Origin: Eledone cirrhosa
Lineage: Eukaryota
NCBI GenBank assembly: GCA_964016885.1
Contig: OZ024740.1
Location: forward strand, 351,912,001-351,976,000
Direction: 5' to 3'
Length of the DNA stretch: 64,000 nucleotides
Shown one piece after another: positions 39,859 to 52,586 of the stretch; the first letter of the stretch is position 1; the number at the start of each line of letters is the position of its first letter. The position numbers and the translations under genes were made by a program. The notes under the pieces were generated by a model. That model saw only the letters and a list, made by a program, of their open reading frames with translations, was not told the origin of the DNA and did not search any database.

Positions 39859-41550
39859 TACTCATTAATAATATTTTTGAATGATTTGACATGTACACTT
39901 TTTTTATAATTTTGTTTGTTTTGTTCATATGCATAGTTATGCAAAATTAGACAGTTCAGCTTAGCTCTGTCCCAATATGTATACACCAAATAACAATAAT
40001 CTAATAATCTCTCTGTGGACAGAAGAAGGGTCTTCTTACTAATCTTGTTAGATCTTTATGAGAGTAACTAGTCAGATTGATCTATTTTTTTCTCTGTCCA
40101 TTAACAAATAAAATCTCTGGTGTAATCATTGTTTCTTTTTCACAACAAGACTAAATTGTATATTTACTTAAAAGGTACACTTAGCATTTCATGTGTGTGT
40201 GTGTGTAATAGATGTAAACATGATGATGATGCCTTTCATGTGGAGAAAGATGCCCTTTATTGTCAAGAGAGATTATAGGTTGCTAAACATTTTCCACCTT
40301 GTCTTTATTGTTGCTACAATGTTTTTGGAAAAGCCACCTCTCCCAATGATTTGATCACATAGGTAACAGAAGCTGTTGATTACTTTTAGGGAGCTTTCTG
40401 AACAGTTGAGGGAATTCATTTCATCAGTGTTCTTAATGCCAACTATTATTGTGTATCTGCTGCATATATCATCATTGAGTTGTTAGAGCAGTGAATATTT
40501 GTTCTGGGTCTCTGCGTTCTGAGTTCAAATCCTGCCTTTCGTCCCTTCAGAACTGGTGTAATCCTCTCTCTTTCCAGCTGGATCAAATTAGGGAGAGTCA
40601 AGAGTGTGCTATGCCTGAGTCTGTTTACGACTTCATGGTCACCTAAAACCCTTAGTGAAAACATTTTACATATTACCAAGTCATACTCGATTATGAGTGA
40701 TGGCTGCTGTAATTTCATTTATATATATATATATATATAACGAAGGAAATGTGGTAAGGAACCAGAGTACTCAATACTTAGGGTAGTAGAGTGGGTAATA
40801 GGAAAAAGTATGACCCCGACGGTGGAGCTCAAGCCGTTTCGACGGCTATTTCTGGACTAATTGAAGCTGTCAAAACAGCTTGAGCTCCACCATTGGGGTC
40901 ATACTTTTTCCTATATATATATATTTTTATAATAAATATTTGCTCTATGGGCTTATATATACTTATACATATCCAACCTTTATCGAGTCCTGTATGGATT
41001 TGGGTCTTTGTATTTATTATTACTCTAATATATATATATATATATTGAGCACTCTTATTCGATATGTGTTTTTCCACATTTTTCCGAATATTTTTTGCGG
41101 ATATAAAGGTTATCTCCCTTGCTGAAATCCATGTGCGTATTTTTAGCCTGGGTTTTGTCATTTCATCCGTTCGGACAAAGCTCGTTGAAGAAGTAACTCC
41201 AGTCCCCCGTTTGTCTGTAAGTCTTATATTTTTATGTGAGCTGATAGAGGACGGTTTAAGGATTTACAGAAACCCAAGAAGTTAGATATTCCATCTCTCT
41301 AGTGGGTCCGGGTATGCTTTTTACATTCATTTCATTTATTGATTTATTGATAATTTATCTGAGTGTCCCGAATCTTCCATATCGAAGTTTTTCGGTTATT
41401 TGGTTGATTGTAGACATATTCTACGTGTGACGGTATTTTAACGATAGTTATAGCTCTGATTTATTTGAATTATAGAGCCCTCTGCCGCTCATCTCGAATT
41501 TTGTTTATCGTGAACTCGTGCGCCGATTTTTCGATACTCGATTATTCTAC

Positions 41551-41581
<31 letters not shown>

Positions 41582-42902
41582 ACGTGTATATATATATGCA
41601 AGCATGGAAAATAAATGTTAAACAGTGATGGTGATATATAATATATATCATTCTTACATACAAACAAAAAAACATGCATATGGCAACATAGGTAATTACT
41701 TTTTATAAATATGTAATTGTGCCTAATGGATAGAAAAATAAAATGAAAACGTATTTGAACTTCTGTAAATCTAAATCTTAAATTTCTTATCAGTTAATCT
41801 ACTTAGCAGAAGAGTAAACGAATCAATGCTCCAAGAATGTCAAAAGTCATGGAAAATGTCAAACACAAGTCAAATTACTCTTTCTACTAATAAGTTTGGT
41901 TATCTGTCTCTTTGAGTCATATGTAATAACTATCTAGGCCCATTGTTACATGCCCATCAATATAACGATGGTCAGAAACAGTAGTCAAATATCACTCAAA
42001 TAACAAACTACCATCTTAAATAAACAACATCATCTCTGATATAAAAAAGATTTTAAAAAAGGAGATAGTCCCAGATGGCCAATAGGTGAACTCAATTATA
42101 ACTGACCTAGAACTATGCTTGAAAAGAAATCTCTTTATTTGCTTCATCTGCTAAAAAATTACACCATACTATCTTGAAAATATGTGGACATATTAGATAA
42201 AATAATCCTAAATACAGTCAACTTGAAAAATAGGGTCAACTGAAATAGATTAATTAATTAACCTTGGGTTAAACAACAACAGCCCCTATTCATACTTAGC
42301 CCAAATACTGTGCTAACAAATTTTAGTAAATTCCAATGACTAAAGATATTCGCATAGTAAATCCATCTGACTCGATATGCAAACAGAAGTAATACGCCCT
42401 AATAATAACACTCGAAGATCCACTTAGTCAAACACTGATTAACAGCGTGTACTGCATGACCCCTAGAAAAGTTTGAAGTACATCATATTTGGCTTGTAGA
42501 AAACAAATAGCTAAGTGTTGTCCCCAAACAAGGCCTACTTGAGTAGGGTTGACCAGGGCAATGCAATAACAGTTATTTGTATGTATATATTTATCTGTGT
42601 GTGTATATATATACATAATGATTTCTGATTTAGGCACAAGGCTAGCAATTTTGGGGGGAGGGGGAAAGTCGATTAAATCGACCTCAGTACATTACTGGAC
42701 CTTTATTTATCAACCCAGTACATTACTGGACCTTTATTTATCAACCCAGTAAGGATGAAAGGCAAAGCTAACCTCAGTGTGATTTCAACTCAGAACGTAA
42801 AGGGCCGTAACTCTATGCTGCAAAGCATGTTCTTCAACACTACCGATACTGCCAATCCACTTCCCTAATATATATGTTTAGTAATAATAATCTATCTATC
42901 TA

Positions 42903-43789
42903 TCTTCTATATATATAAAACTGTGGTTGTCTGTCTGTCTATCGATTTTTGGCACACATCTCCTCTTAGAATCTCTCACGGAATTGCACCGAAATTGCTA
43001 TACTTGTACATTGAGCCCTAGCGAAGACATCGGAAAAAAAAATTTCAAATTGACCCACCCTATGTGACGAAATCGAATATAATGTATCGATTTTTTAGCG
43101 TAAGTTATCAGTTATTTCCCTTTGTTCTGTTTACATTTGAGCGTCTTACGTAAAAAATTACGCTGGCTTTCTCAGCGTTTAAAATGACATTTGCAAAATT
43201 CATCAGTTCGAACACTAAGCTTCCGTTTTGCTTCATTTCCATTTAAAAGCATTTTAAAACAATATTTTTACTTGAAAACAAGTTTATTTAAAGACTACGT
43301 AAAACAAGCAAATATTTCGTCGTTAGGCGTGCAGACAGACAGTCGTGCAGACAGACAGTCGTGCAGACAGACAGTCGTGCAGAGAGGTGATATAGGCGTG
43401 CAGACAGACAGTCGTGCAGAGAGGTGATATAGGCGTGCAGACAGACAGTCGTGCAGAGAGGTGATATAGGCGTGCAGACAGACATAACTGATAATTTGGT
43501 TACGCTAATGTTTTTCTCTGCGTTGCAGTGTTTACATTTTCGATCTTTGTTAATAAATAACCAGTGCAGTTTCTATCCCCAGCATCCTCTTTTGTTATAA
43601 CATTCGGGTTATCGTTATGTTTTCTTAACTTCATAAGGCATATTGTTGGTTGAGGGAATATTAATCAAAAACACCACATGCAAGTCTGCACAGTAGACAC
43701 TACAGTTTTTAAGCCAAGAAAGAAACTTAACATTGTAACTTTAACACAGCTACTGAGCGACCCCGAGCAACGCCGGGCTTTACTGCTAG
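42903..43789 (+). mobile_element. Non-autonomous Helitron
   Basis: A|TC..CTATATATATAAAA 5' end, (GTCT)n, 3' hairpin CCCGAGCAACGCCGGG (43762-43777), then CTAG|T; CpG-rich relative to its flanks. Confidence 0.85.
43328..43484. repeat. Compound minisatellite inside the Helitron (16-bp and 21-bp units, order AAABABA-BA')
   Basis: A=CGTGCAGACAGACAGT, B=CGTGCAGAGAGGTGATATAGG. Confidence 0.9.
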
Positions 43790-44026
43790 TAATATATAAA
43801 GGCACCTATCTATTTAAAACTCTTAATAAGTTTACTGGTGCAAAACCCCAGACAGATGTTGCTTCATGGTCCTGTGTTACCCAGAGGATAGTGAAAGAGA
43901 TACACTGAAACAGTCAATCCAACTTGCAGAGCTCATTCTTGTGGATGGCCATCTCTATCCTGATCTCAATAAAAGGATTCAGGATAACCATGTTTTCCCT
44001 GCTATAGGAGAGTGAGCCTTGTTTAA

Positions 44027-44455
44027 CCTTTTAGCATTTAAACTGGCTGTATCCAGCCAGAACTCTCACCTCTTTCTGTTCAAACCAGCTGTAACTGGCT
44101 GCTCATGCCGACATTAAGGTATTGTTCTCAAAATAAATAACATCAAAGTCTCATAGATTTGATATTATATGAGATAATTATGTAAGATAAAGCCTTTACT
44201 GTGAAAATACAATAGTAAATATAGAATCATTGTTTCTACTTTTGGCACAAGGCCAGCAATCACCCCAGTGCATTACTGGTACTTTATTTTATCTACCCCA
44301 CAAGGATGAAAGGCAAAGTTAACCTTGGCAGGATTTTAACCCAGACCGTAAAGGGCCATAACTCTATGCTACAAAGCATGGTGTCCAACAAAGCATGGTG
44401 TCCAACGCTCTACCGATTATGCCAATCCACTACCTAAATGTTAAATGCTAAAGGG
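44027..44455. mobile_element. piggyBac-type MITE family 1 interrupted by a Meta-like SINE (44228-44432)
   Basis: TTAA at 44023-44026 and 44456-44459, same TIRs, orientation opposite to 45349-45556. Confidence 0.85.
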
Positions 44456-44619
44456 TTAACAAGTTTTAAGTATGTTAAAGTGTTACAAATTTTAAGTATG
44501 TTTAATGTGTGAAAAATATTTTTAAAGTTATTTTACCAGGTTCAATGCCAACAAAATACAATAAGTTACATATTTTCTTGCAACATTGATGAAACTGTCA
44601 TCAAATCTATCAATGCAGG

Positions 44620-44877
44620 TTAAGGAACAGTCCAACTCATGGTCTTGGTGGACAGGATGGAGAAGACATTGGCCCAGATGATGACGAGAGAGGTGTGCTG
44701 GAACAGACACTCCACCTCCCAGGGTTTTGCATTAGCCAGTAGCCAACTACATTCTGATAGCAGTGAGTAGGGATGTGGTACAGAGCAGGGGGCTAGAATA
44801 CCGGAGGTCTCCATTGCCACAGGCTTGACCACAAAGCGATCAGAGAGCAGCCAATACTTTGGTCTTCGTTTAACCAA
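44620..44877 (-). pseudogene. Decayed CRE-clade endonuclease C-terminus
   Basis: KYWLLSDRFVVKPVAMETSG...LFQHTSLVIIWANVFSIL resembles KY..L...F.PVAVETSG...LFQRLS.AVQRGNA.SIL. Confidence 0.75.
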
Positions 44878-45348
44878 TCTTATAGTTCAAATTTTCCCTG
44901 AAATGTTTGCTTCATATGACTAGCAGTACTTTAAATTCAATGATTTTTCTCTATCATCATTTCTGTAACTGTTAGGGCAGTAGATTGGCAGTATCAGTAG
45001 AGGGTTGGACAACATACTTTGCAGCATATAGTTACGGCCCTTTACATTCTGAATTCAAATTCCGCCAAGGTGAGCTTTGCCTTTCATCCTTATGGGATTG
45101 ATGCCAGTAACACACTGGGGTCGATTTAATTGACCCCCCCTCCTCCACCCACCAATAATAATTATTGGCCTTGTCCCTATTATTTCTGTAATTGGGTTGG
45201 CAGAATTGTGAGGCCATTGGAAAAATACTTAGCAGTATTTGTTCCAGCTCTTTACATTCTAAATTCAAATCTCCTCAAGGTCAACTTTGCTTTTCATCCT
45301 TATGGGGTCAATAAAATAAAGTACCAGTAATGCACTGGGATCAATTAA

Positions 45349-45556
45349 CCCTTTAGCATTTACATTACTCGATATTTACAATTGTATTTGCACAGTAAAG
45401 GCTTTATCTCACATAATATTGAATCTATAAGATTTTGATATTGTTTATTTTGAGAACAATACCTTAACATCAGTATGAGTGGCCAGTTACAGCCAGTTTG
45501 AACAAAAGGAGGTGAAAGAATTCTCGTCAGATATGGCTGGTTTAAATGCTAAAGGG
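45349..45556. mobile_element. piggyBac-type MITE family 1 (also 44027-44455 and about 46783-47032)
   Basis: TTAA target duplication at both ends; TIR CCCTTTAGCATTTA / TAAATGCTAAAGGG. Confidence 0.9.
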
Positions 45557-47278
45557 TTAATCAACTTCTCTTCCCAAAAAATTGTTGGCCTTCTGCCTAA
45601 ATCAGCCTAAAGTAGAAACAATTATTTTTGTAACCATTGTTCTTGTTTCTTCATTATAAATATATTTTTCCTATTGTCTCCCTTTAAAAAACAACAAACC
45701 AAACAAAAACACCCAACCTCATTTCCATCTCATCTATTGACTCCTACAGACTAACAAGATATTCATTAATGTGTTACAGTGCATTCATTCCCTTCAGTAG
45801 TGAACTGTGCCTGACCTGATGAAATAGATTGCATCTATATTCAGAAGATGCCAGATGGGAATTGATCTGCTTCCAGCACACTTGTCAACTGTGAAGCTTA
45901 AGGCTGCTTTTCTATTGTGCATGGAGGAGTGGGGGGGGGGGGATGTACAAGAGCATGTGAGTGCATGTGCACATATGAGTGAGTGTGTGTGTGTGTGAAT
46001 GTGTGTGTATGTTGTGTTTTACTGTTTACTCTGGCTTCTCCACCTTGACCTTATTGACTTCAGTGACCCAGCCAAGAGACAAATCTCCTTCAGGCATTTG
46101 TTCTAAGAGCTTTCAATATATACAAACCTCCCTACTCTATTAAGGCAATCGACACAAAGAAAAGCGCAACATTTTTTTGCTCATATTTTCCCAACATAAA
46201 TCATCTATCCACGTGACACAGCTGTCCTTTTATTAACACTGATAGAAAACCATCAGTTTTCTTCACTTAGATGAATTGAAAACAAACTAAGATTTCAATT
46301 AAGAAAATATTCCTCTTGACTTTCTTGCAACATATACGAAATTAGCATAGAAGACCATATAACATTGGGCTGCATTTTGAAAACCTTTCTCTCTCGGTTT
46401 TTATCTATCAGCTAAATATGTTTTATTAATAAAAAATGTTTAAATCGTCTAAAAAAATATATATAAGTGAAAATCATATAATATATCTTATCTTGTTTAA
46501 TTAACAAAATACATTTTCAGCAAGATTTTTCTCCCTTGTAAAGAAACTAAGAAACCAATAAGAAACAAGCTTACAATTTAGTTAGTAATATCTCTTAATT
46601 CTTCTTCAGTATTCTCTTAGGTGTAAAACTTCTCATCTGTATCAAGTCCCAATACTGTTAGCTTGTCAACTTTAATTTGATGTTAAAATTGATTAACATA
46701 GAAAAACAACCAAATCACATAGTGTTAGTCAACAATTTTTATCCATTACATATTCAAGATAGAGCAGAAGAAATATGATTTACCCATTAATATTTAAATC
46801 GGCCGTATCCGGCCAGAATTTTCTCACCTCTTTCTGTTCAAACTGGCTGTAACCAGCCATTCATACTGATGTGAAGGTATTGTTCTCAAAATAAATAATA
46901 TCGAAATCTCATAGATTTGATATTATGTGAAAATACAATAGTGTATATAGAGTAATGTATATATAGAGTATTATATAGAGTATTATGTGAAAATACAATA
47001 GTATATATAGAGTAATGTAAATGCTAAAGGATTAAGATAAGAATGTCACACAATGAGATTGAACCTCTGTTGAACAGTATACCTCAGCTATGTCTTGCTT
47101 ATAAGAAGGCAAGAGGGTTATAATGAACAACAGCTTTCAATACTTGCTTCATCAGCCATTCCACTTTATTGATCTCCTTCCTCATATACAATCCTGTCGT
47201 CCTGATTTGGCAGAGGAAAGGGACCAAGAAGACCAGATAAACTGGTATTTATTCACTGATGTTCTTTTGCCTGTGCAA

Positions 47279-47535
47279 AGGCACATGGCTTCGTTTTTAG
47301 AGAATTAGATTCACAATTATAAGGTTGTGATGTCAATTCCTGGACCAGGTGACACGTTATTATGTCCTTTGAGCAAGACACTTTATTTCACTTTGCTCTT
47401 TCTACCAAGAGTTGTGACCAGTAGATAGCATCAGCAATAAAAAGACCAATGGAAACATTGTTCCCTTAGTCTGATTTGATGAGCTCCACCCAACTCGGTA
47501 AGTGAATAAGGTCTGGGAAGTTGTCAATCAATGTT
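47279..47535 (+). mobile_element. tRNA/CORE-like SINE with TCAA-ending tail (second copy at 50930-51175 on minus)
   Basis: Head and CORE as in the other copies; distinct tail GTCTGATTTGATGAGCTC...GGTCTGGGA...TCAATCAA. Confidence 0.8.
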
Positions 47536-48535
47536 TCTCTGCATTGTGTGTGGTAACTCCTGGGTTTATGGCTAAGACATCATGATTGGCACCAGAAAAT
47601 GTATCATAGCATGTGGCATCCCTAATGAGTGACTTGTCCTCCCACTCTCTTGAATGAGAAAAGGGTTATCCTGTCTGAATGGCTACTATTGCCACACTTG
47701 AGATCAACACACACAAGATATGATGGAAAAGCAGTAGCATTGTTTCCATATATTAAACAGTCTTTCAATATGTTAGAGCTGGACTCATTTTGATCTTTAT
47801 ACTTTTAGCATTTAAGCTTCTTTCTTTTCAGAGCTATAGATATGATATATATACTTATAATGCTATATGTTAAGTCAACCAGAATGGAAGATCTTGAGTA
47901 CTTTTAGCTGAAAGATTTGTATAAATACAGCATTTAAAACACATATACATATTATATGGTAAAACAATGAGAAATCCTTTACATAGTCGCTAGAAATAAC
48001 AATTACATCTCCCCAAAAACATCTCAAAAAGAACATGTTGGATAATGTGATCTGAGGTATACTATACCTCTAAAAAATATATGGAAGTCATGGTTAGAAC
48101 ACTTGTTCTAACATTTCTTCAGGGTGGACATAGGCTAAACTACAAAACTCACAAGCATAAACACACTCACATACACACACATAATAACATAAATCTTCTA
48201 TTTTCTTCTATTGATCCTGCTAAATACTTCAAACGGTAGCTTACAATAGCTAGCTGTGATATATAAGCCAGAATCATGTAGTGACAGCTTCAGATACAAA
48301 AGATATATTTGAACTAGCAATAACCACGCCTCAAGGCTACTTCATTGGTTACACTACCAGTTCTTTATAACCGCCTCTATACAAGAAAGTAATTAGCTAA
48401 GTTTGATGAAAATAAATGTAAATGAAAATGTGAACAAACTTTCAATAAAATTACAAGTTTATCCTATTATTTTGATTTAGAACCAGAAATAAATACTATC
48501 ATTTTTTTTTTTTTTTCTTTTGCTGCAAAATACAG

Positions 48536-48580
48536 GATATTTATCATTTTCTTCATCAATTTGTGTTAAATAGAAACCTG
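48536..48580 (+). CDS. Candidate 45-nt frame-preserving exon DIYHFLHQFVLNRNL
   Basis: Poly-T tract, TACAG acceptor, CTG|GTAAGC donor; only phase 0 is open. Confidence 0.25.
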
Positions 48581-48913
48581 GTAAGCAAGCTTTCACTCAC
48601 CAACACTACAATTTCCAGCCCACCATTCAGCTGTGTTCTCCATTGAAGTATTGCTCTCATATATCTGAGACTGTGTTACTGCCATTTAGACACACACAAA
48701 TACCTGCTCATTATCCACCCATCATTTTTACAGTGTCTCTCTCTACCAGAGCTCACAATAAAAATATCATTCAATCATTCCTTCACAGAAATGCATTCCT
48801 CTGAAATTTCCTTCCTCTTATACATTGTTGTTTTGCTCCAGGTCAGCCTTAATTAAACAGGCCTATGGCCAAAGGCATTCCTGTCATGATCATCCCATCA
48901 TCATACACCTATG

Positions 48914-49257
48914 TCATCATCATCATCACCGTTTTACGTCCGTTCTTCCACGCTAGCATGGGTTAGACGGGTTGTCCTGTTGTGGGCAGTGTCCGGTCGG
49001 CTGGCCTTGTCTTGCTCATACGGGAACTGATTCTGGCTTGATTTCTACAGCTGGATGCCCTTCCTAACACCAACCTCATTTACAGTGAGTGCTGGGTGCT
49101 TTTTTTCCGTGGCGCCTACACGTCCACTTTACAGCGTGGGCTGGGTGCTTTTTTGCCGTGGCACCTCCACGACCACTTTACAGTGGGAGGGTGTAGGGCA
49201 TATTGTCTATATGCTTCAGCTTCAGCTTGTACCCGTGGGGGGTCGGGTCTTCTGTAT

Positions 49258-49258
<1 letters not shown>
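48914..49258 (-). mobile_element. RTE 3' end (last codons plus 3' UTR)
   Basis: Reverse complement matches 32575-32918, including IQKTRPPTGTS* and the (GAT)n tail. Confidence 0.9.
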
Positions 49259-49296
<38 letters not shown>

Positions 49297-50012
49297 GAAA
49301 TGGTTTTCCGATGAACACACATTCATTGAAGCTATTTAAGTAGTTTCTTTATTATGTTAGATTTGGTCATTCAAACACTTCAGAATAACCTTACTATTGA
49401 TAGGACTTTGTTTTGGTTTATTGCATTCTGAGTTCAAATTTTACACCTTACCAGATATTGCATGGTATCTCATCTGATGATTTAACAATTCTGCCAATCT
49501 ACTGCCCTGTACTTATACTTTATTTACAGACCCCATTTGGGTCCTTAGCTGGACAAGAGAGACGGTGATTTGCATGTTGGTGGCTTGTGGCCCCCTTCCC
49601 TCTTCTTTTCCTTCACTGCCAAACTCTCTTTTTTTCTTACTCTTTTTCTTATTTTCCTATCTTTTTGTTTTGGTTTACTTATTGCCATGTATATTGTACA
49701 GGCTTTTCTTGTTTCTTTTTTACTACTACATATTTTGTATTGCAATAAATTCAATAGTTTATTAATTTTTTTTTTTATTTAATTTTTTTAAATGGTTGTT
49801 GTTGTTGATGATGATGATCTCTTTAATATTGCCACCCTTAAATATCTTAATTTCCAGTAATAAACAGGATCTTGCTTGTAAGAAGTCTGAATAGAAACTT
49901 TTTTTAACCAATTAGTAAATGAGTACACTTCATCTATAGCAATTATAGACAGATTTAATAACAACAAAATAAGTATTTAAAAAACACTGCGTAATATGGG
50001 TGCATGTGTATT

Positions 50013-50048
<36 letters not shown>

Positions 50049-51514
50049 GTGAAGAAACAGAGAGATCTGGAGAAAAAGAGAGAATGTGAGACAGAGATGG
50101 GAAGAATCAGAGAGAAAAAGAATGTGAGAATAAGAAAAGTATAGAGAGAGAGATCTGGAGAAAAAGAGAGAATGTGAGAGAGAGTGAGTGAGAGATATGG
50201 GAAAAAAACAGAAAAAGAATGTAAAAATTAGGAAAGTATAGAGAGAGATTTGGAGAGAGAGAGAGAGTTATGTTGCAGGCTGACCAGCAATAGCTTTCTA
50301 TTAAGAAAATAACTCTAAAAATATTCTACTAAAGTACATTTGGACTGATGAAAACTGACAAATAACAAAAAACATTTTGACTGAAACTGCAGGTTTATTG
50401 AACCAAAATGTTATAGGTTCAAACTTTACCACTGGCATTGTGTTGTTGTTGTTTAGACCAAGGTCAGCCCTGAGTGTGCAGGAGTATATATGATTAAAAT
50501 CTTTCCAGTTTTGACCATTCAGAAGAAAGGCAGTATCATAAGAGTTTTAAGGGTCTCAGAGATTGGTAGAAGGAAGAGAAGTTATCCAAGGATCAGAAAC
50601 TTGGCTCAACAGAGTGGACACCTCTGAAGTCACTCAAGGGTCAGCAATAGATTAAGTCTGCCAAGCATGTTGGATGGAGTCTGAGTTTTCTTAATCAATT
50701 GATTTTAGATACATTACATGTTATTATTGTTGTTTAGCCCTGGGTCAATACTAATTAAGCAGATCTATGATCAAAGGCATCCAAGCCATGGCCATACTAT
50801 TTTCTTTAACATTATCCAATGCACCTTCTCTTTAAGATAGTTGGATGTTTGAGCGAAATATGTTGTTTCTAGCATATCGTTCGACTATGTACATGCTCCT
50901 GTGTTGATTCAATGCATTACATATAGACACATTGATTGAACTGATTGATAAGATTCCAGACCTCATTTGCTTACCAAGTGGTGTAGAACTCATCTAACCA
51001 GAACAATGAAACAATGTTTCCATTGATCTTTCCATTGCTGATACTATCTAACATCTGCAACTCCTGGCAGAAATAATATGTCTTGCTCAAAGACATAATG
51101 CATCTCTAACTCCAAGAATTGAACTTGCAACCTCATGATTGCAAATCCAATTCTCTAAGCACTAAGCCACGTAGCATCACATATAGACATATAGTGTATG
51201 CTTAATGACTCAAACTGTAGGATTATTTACCATACATTCCTGTAAGAGTGAAAAGACTTAATATTTGGAAATTACAATTCTTTATTGCCATATTACTATT
51301 TTCCCAACATGTTTGAATAGAAGATAACAATAATAACAATATTAAAAAAAGCAGCAGCAACCAAGTGAATAAAAAAGATGAAATATCTATAAATAATAGT
51401 GATAATTTATCAAGACTCTATACTAAATATAATAGCAACTTGATAATGTTGACAAGCAACGCGATGTTCTAGTTATTTCTAAACCACCCACCCCAAAATT
51501 TCTTAAGTACCATA

Positions 51515-51573
51515 TACATAAACACATGCATGCACACACACAAATATACATATATATATATGCATACATATAA

Positions 51574-51650
<77 letters not shown>

Positions 51651-51721
51651 TATACATACATATATACATATATACGTATATATATATAGATATATACATA
51701 CATATATACATACATATATAC

Positions 51722-51768
<47 letters not shown>

Positions 51769-51925
51769 TATACATACATACATACACACATGCATGCACA
51801 CAGATATACATATATATATGTCTATATACATATACATACATACATACATACATATACAGACATATATATACATACATATATATACATGTATACACACAAA
51901 TATACATACATACATATACACATAC

Positions 51926-51968
<43 letters not shown>

Positions 51969-52010
51969 AATATATACATACATACATACATACATACACA
52001 TATATAGATA
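51515..52010. repeat. Compound (TA)n/(TACA)n microsatellite; a similar CA-rich tract lies at 37215-37570
   Basis: Visible directly. Confidence 0.95.
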
Positions 52011-52167
52011 TAGGAAAAAGTATGACCCCGGCGGCAGAGCTCAAGCCGTTTCGACGGCTTGAGCTCTGCTGTCGGGGTCATACTTTTTCCTATTTCCCAC
52101 TCTACTACCCTAAGTATTGAGTACTCTGGTGCGTTATGGTCCATCTGGTTCCTTACCACAATTCCTT

Positions 52168-52252
<85 letters not shown>

Positions 52253-52309
52253 TATTGTCCAACCTATGCAAGCATGGAAAAGTAGATGTAAAAGCAAAGA
52301 TGATGACGA

Positions 52310-52379
<70 letters not shown>

Positions 52380-52536
52380 CAGAAGTCAAAGATATATGTA
52401 TATGTATAGAGAGAGAAAGGACCTATTTGATATGTTTTGATACCTCACATTTGTATATATATGGCATAAAAGGGTGATGATAATATATATATATGTGTGT
52501 GTGTGTCTGTATGTGTGTATATCACACACATACACA

Positions 52537-52586
<50 letters not shown>

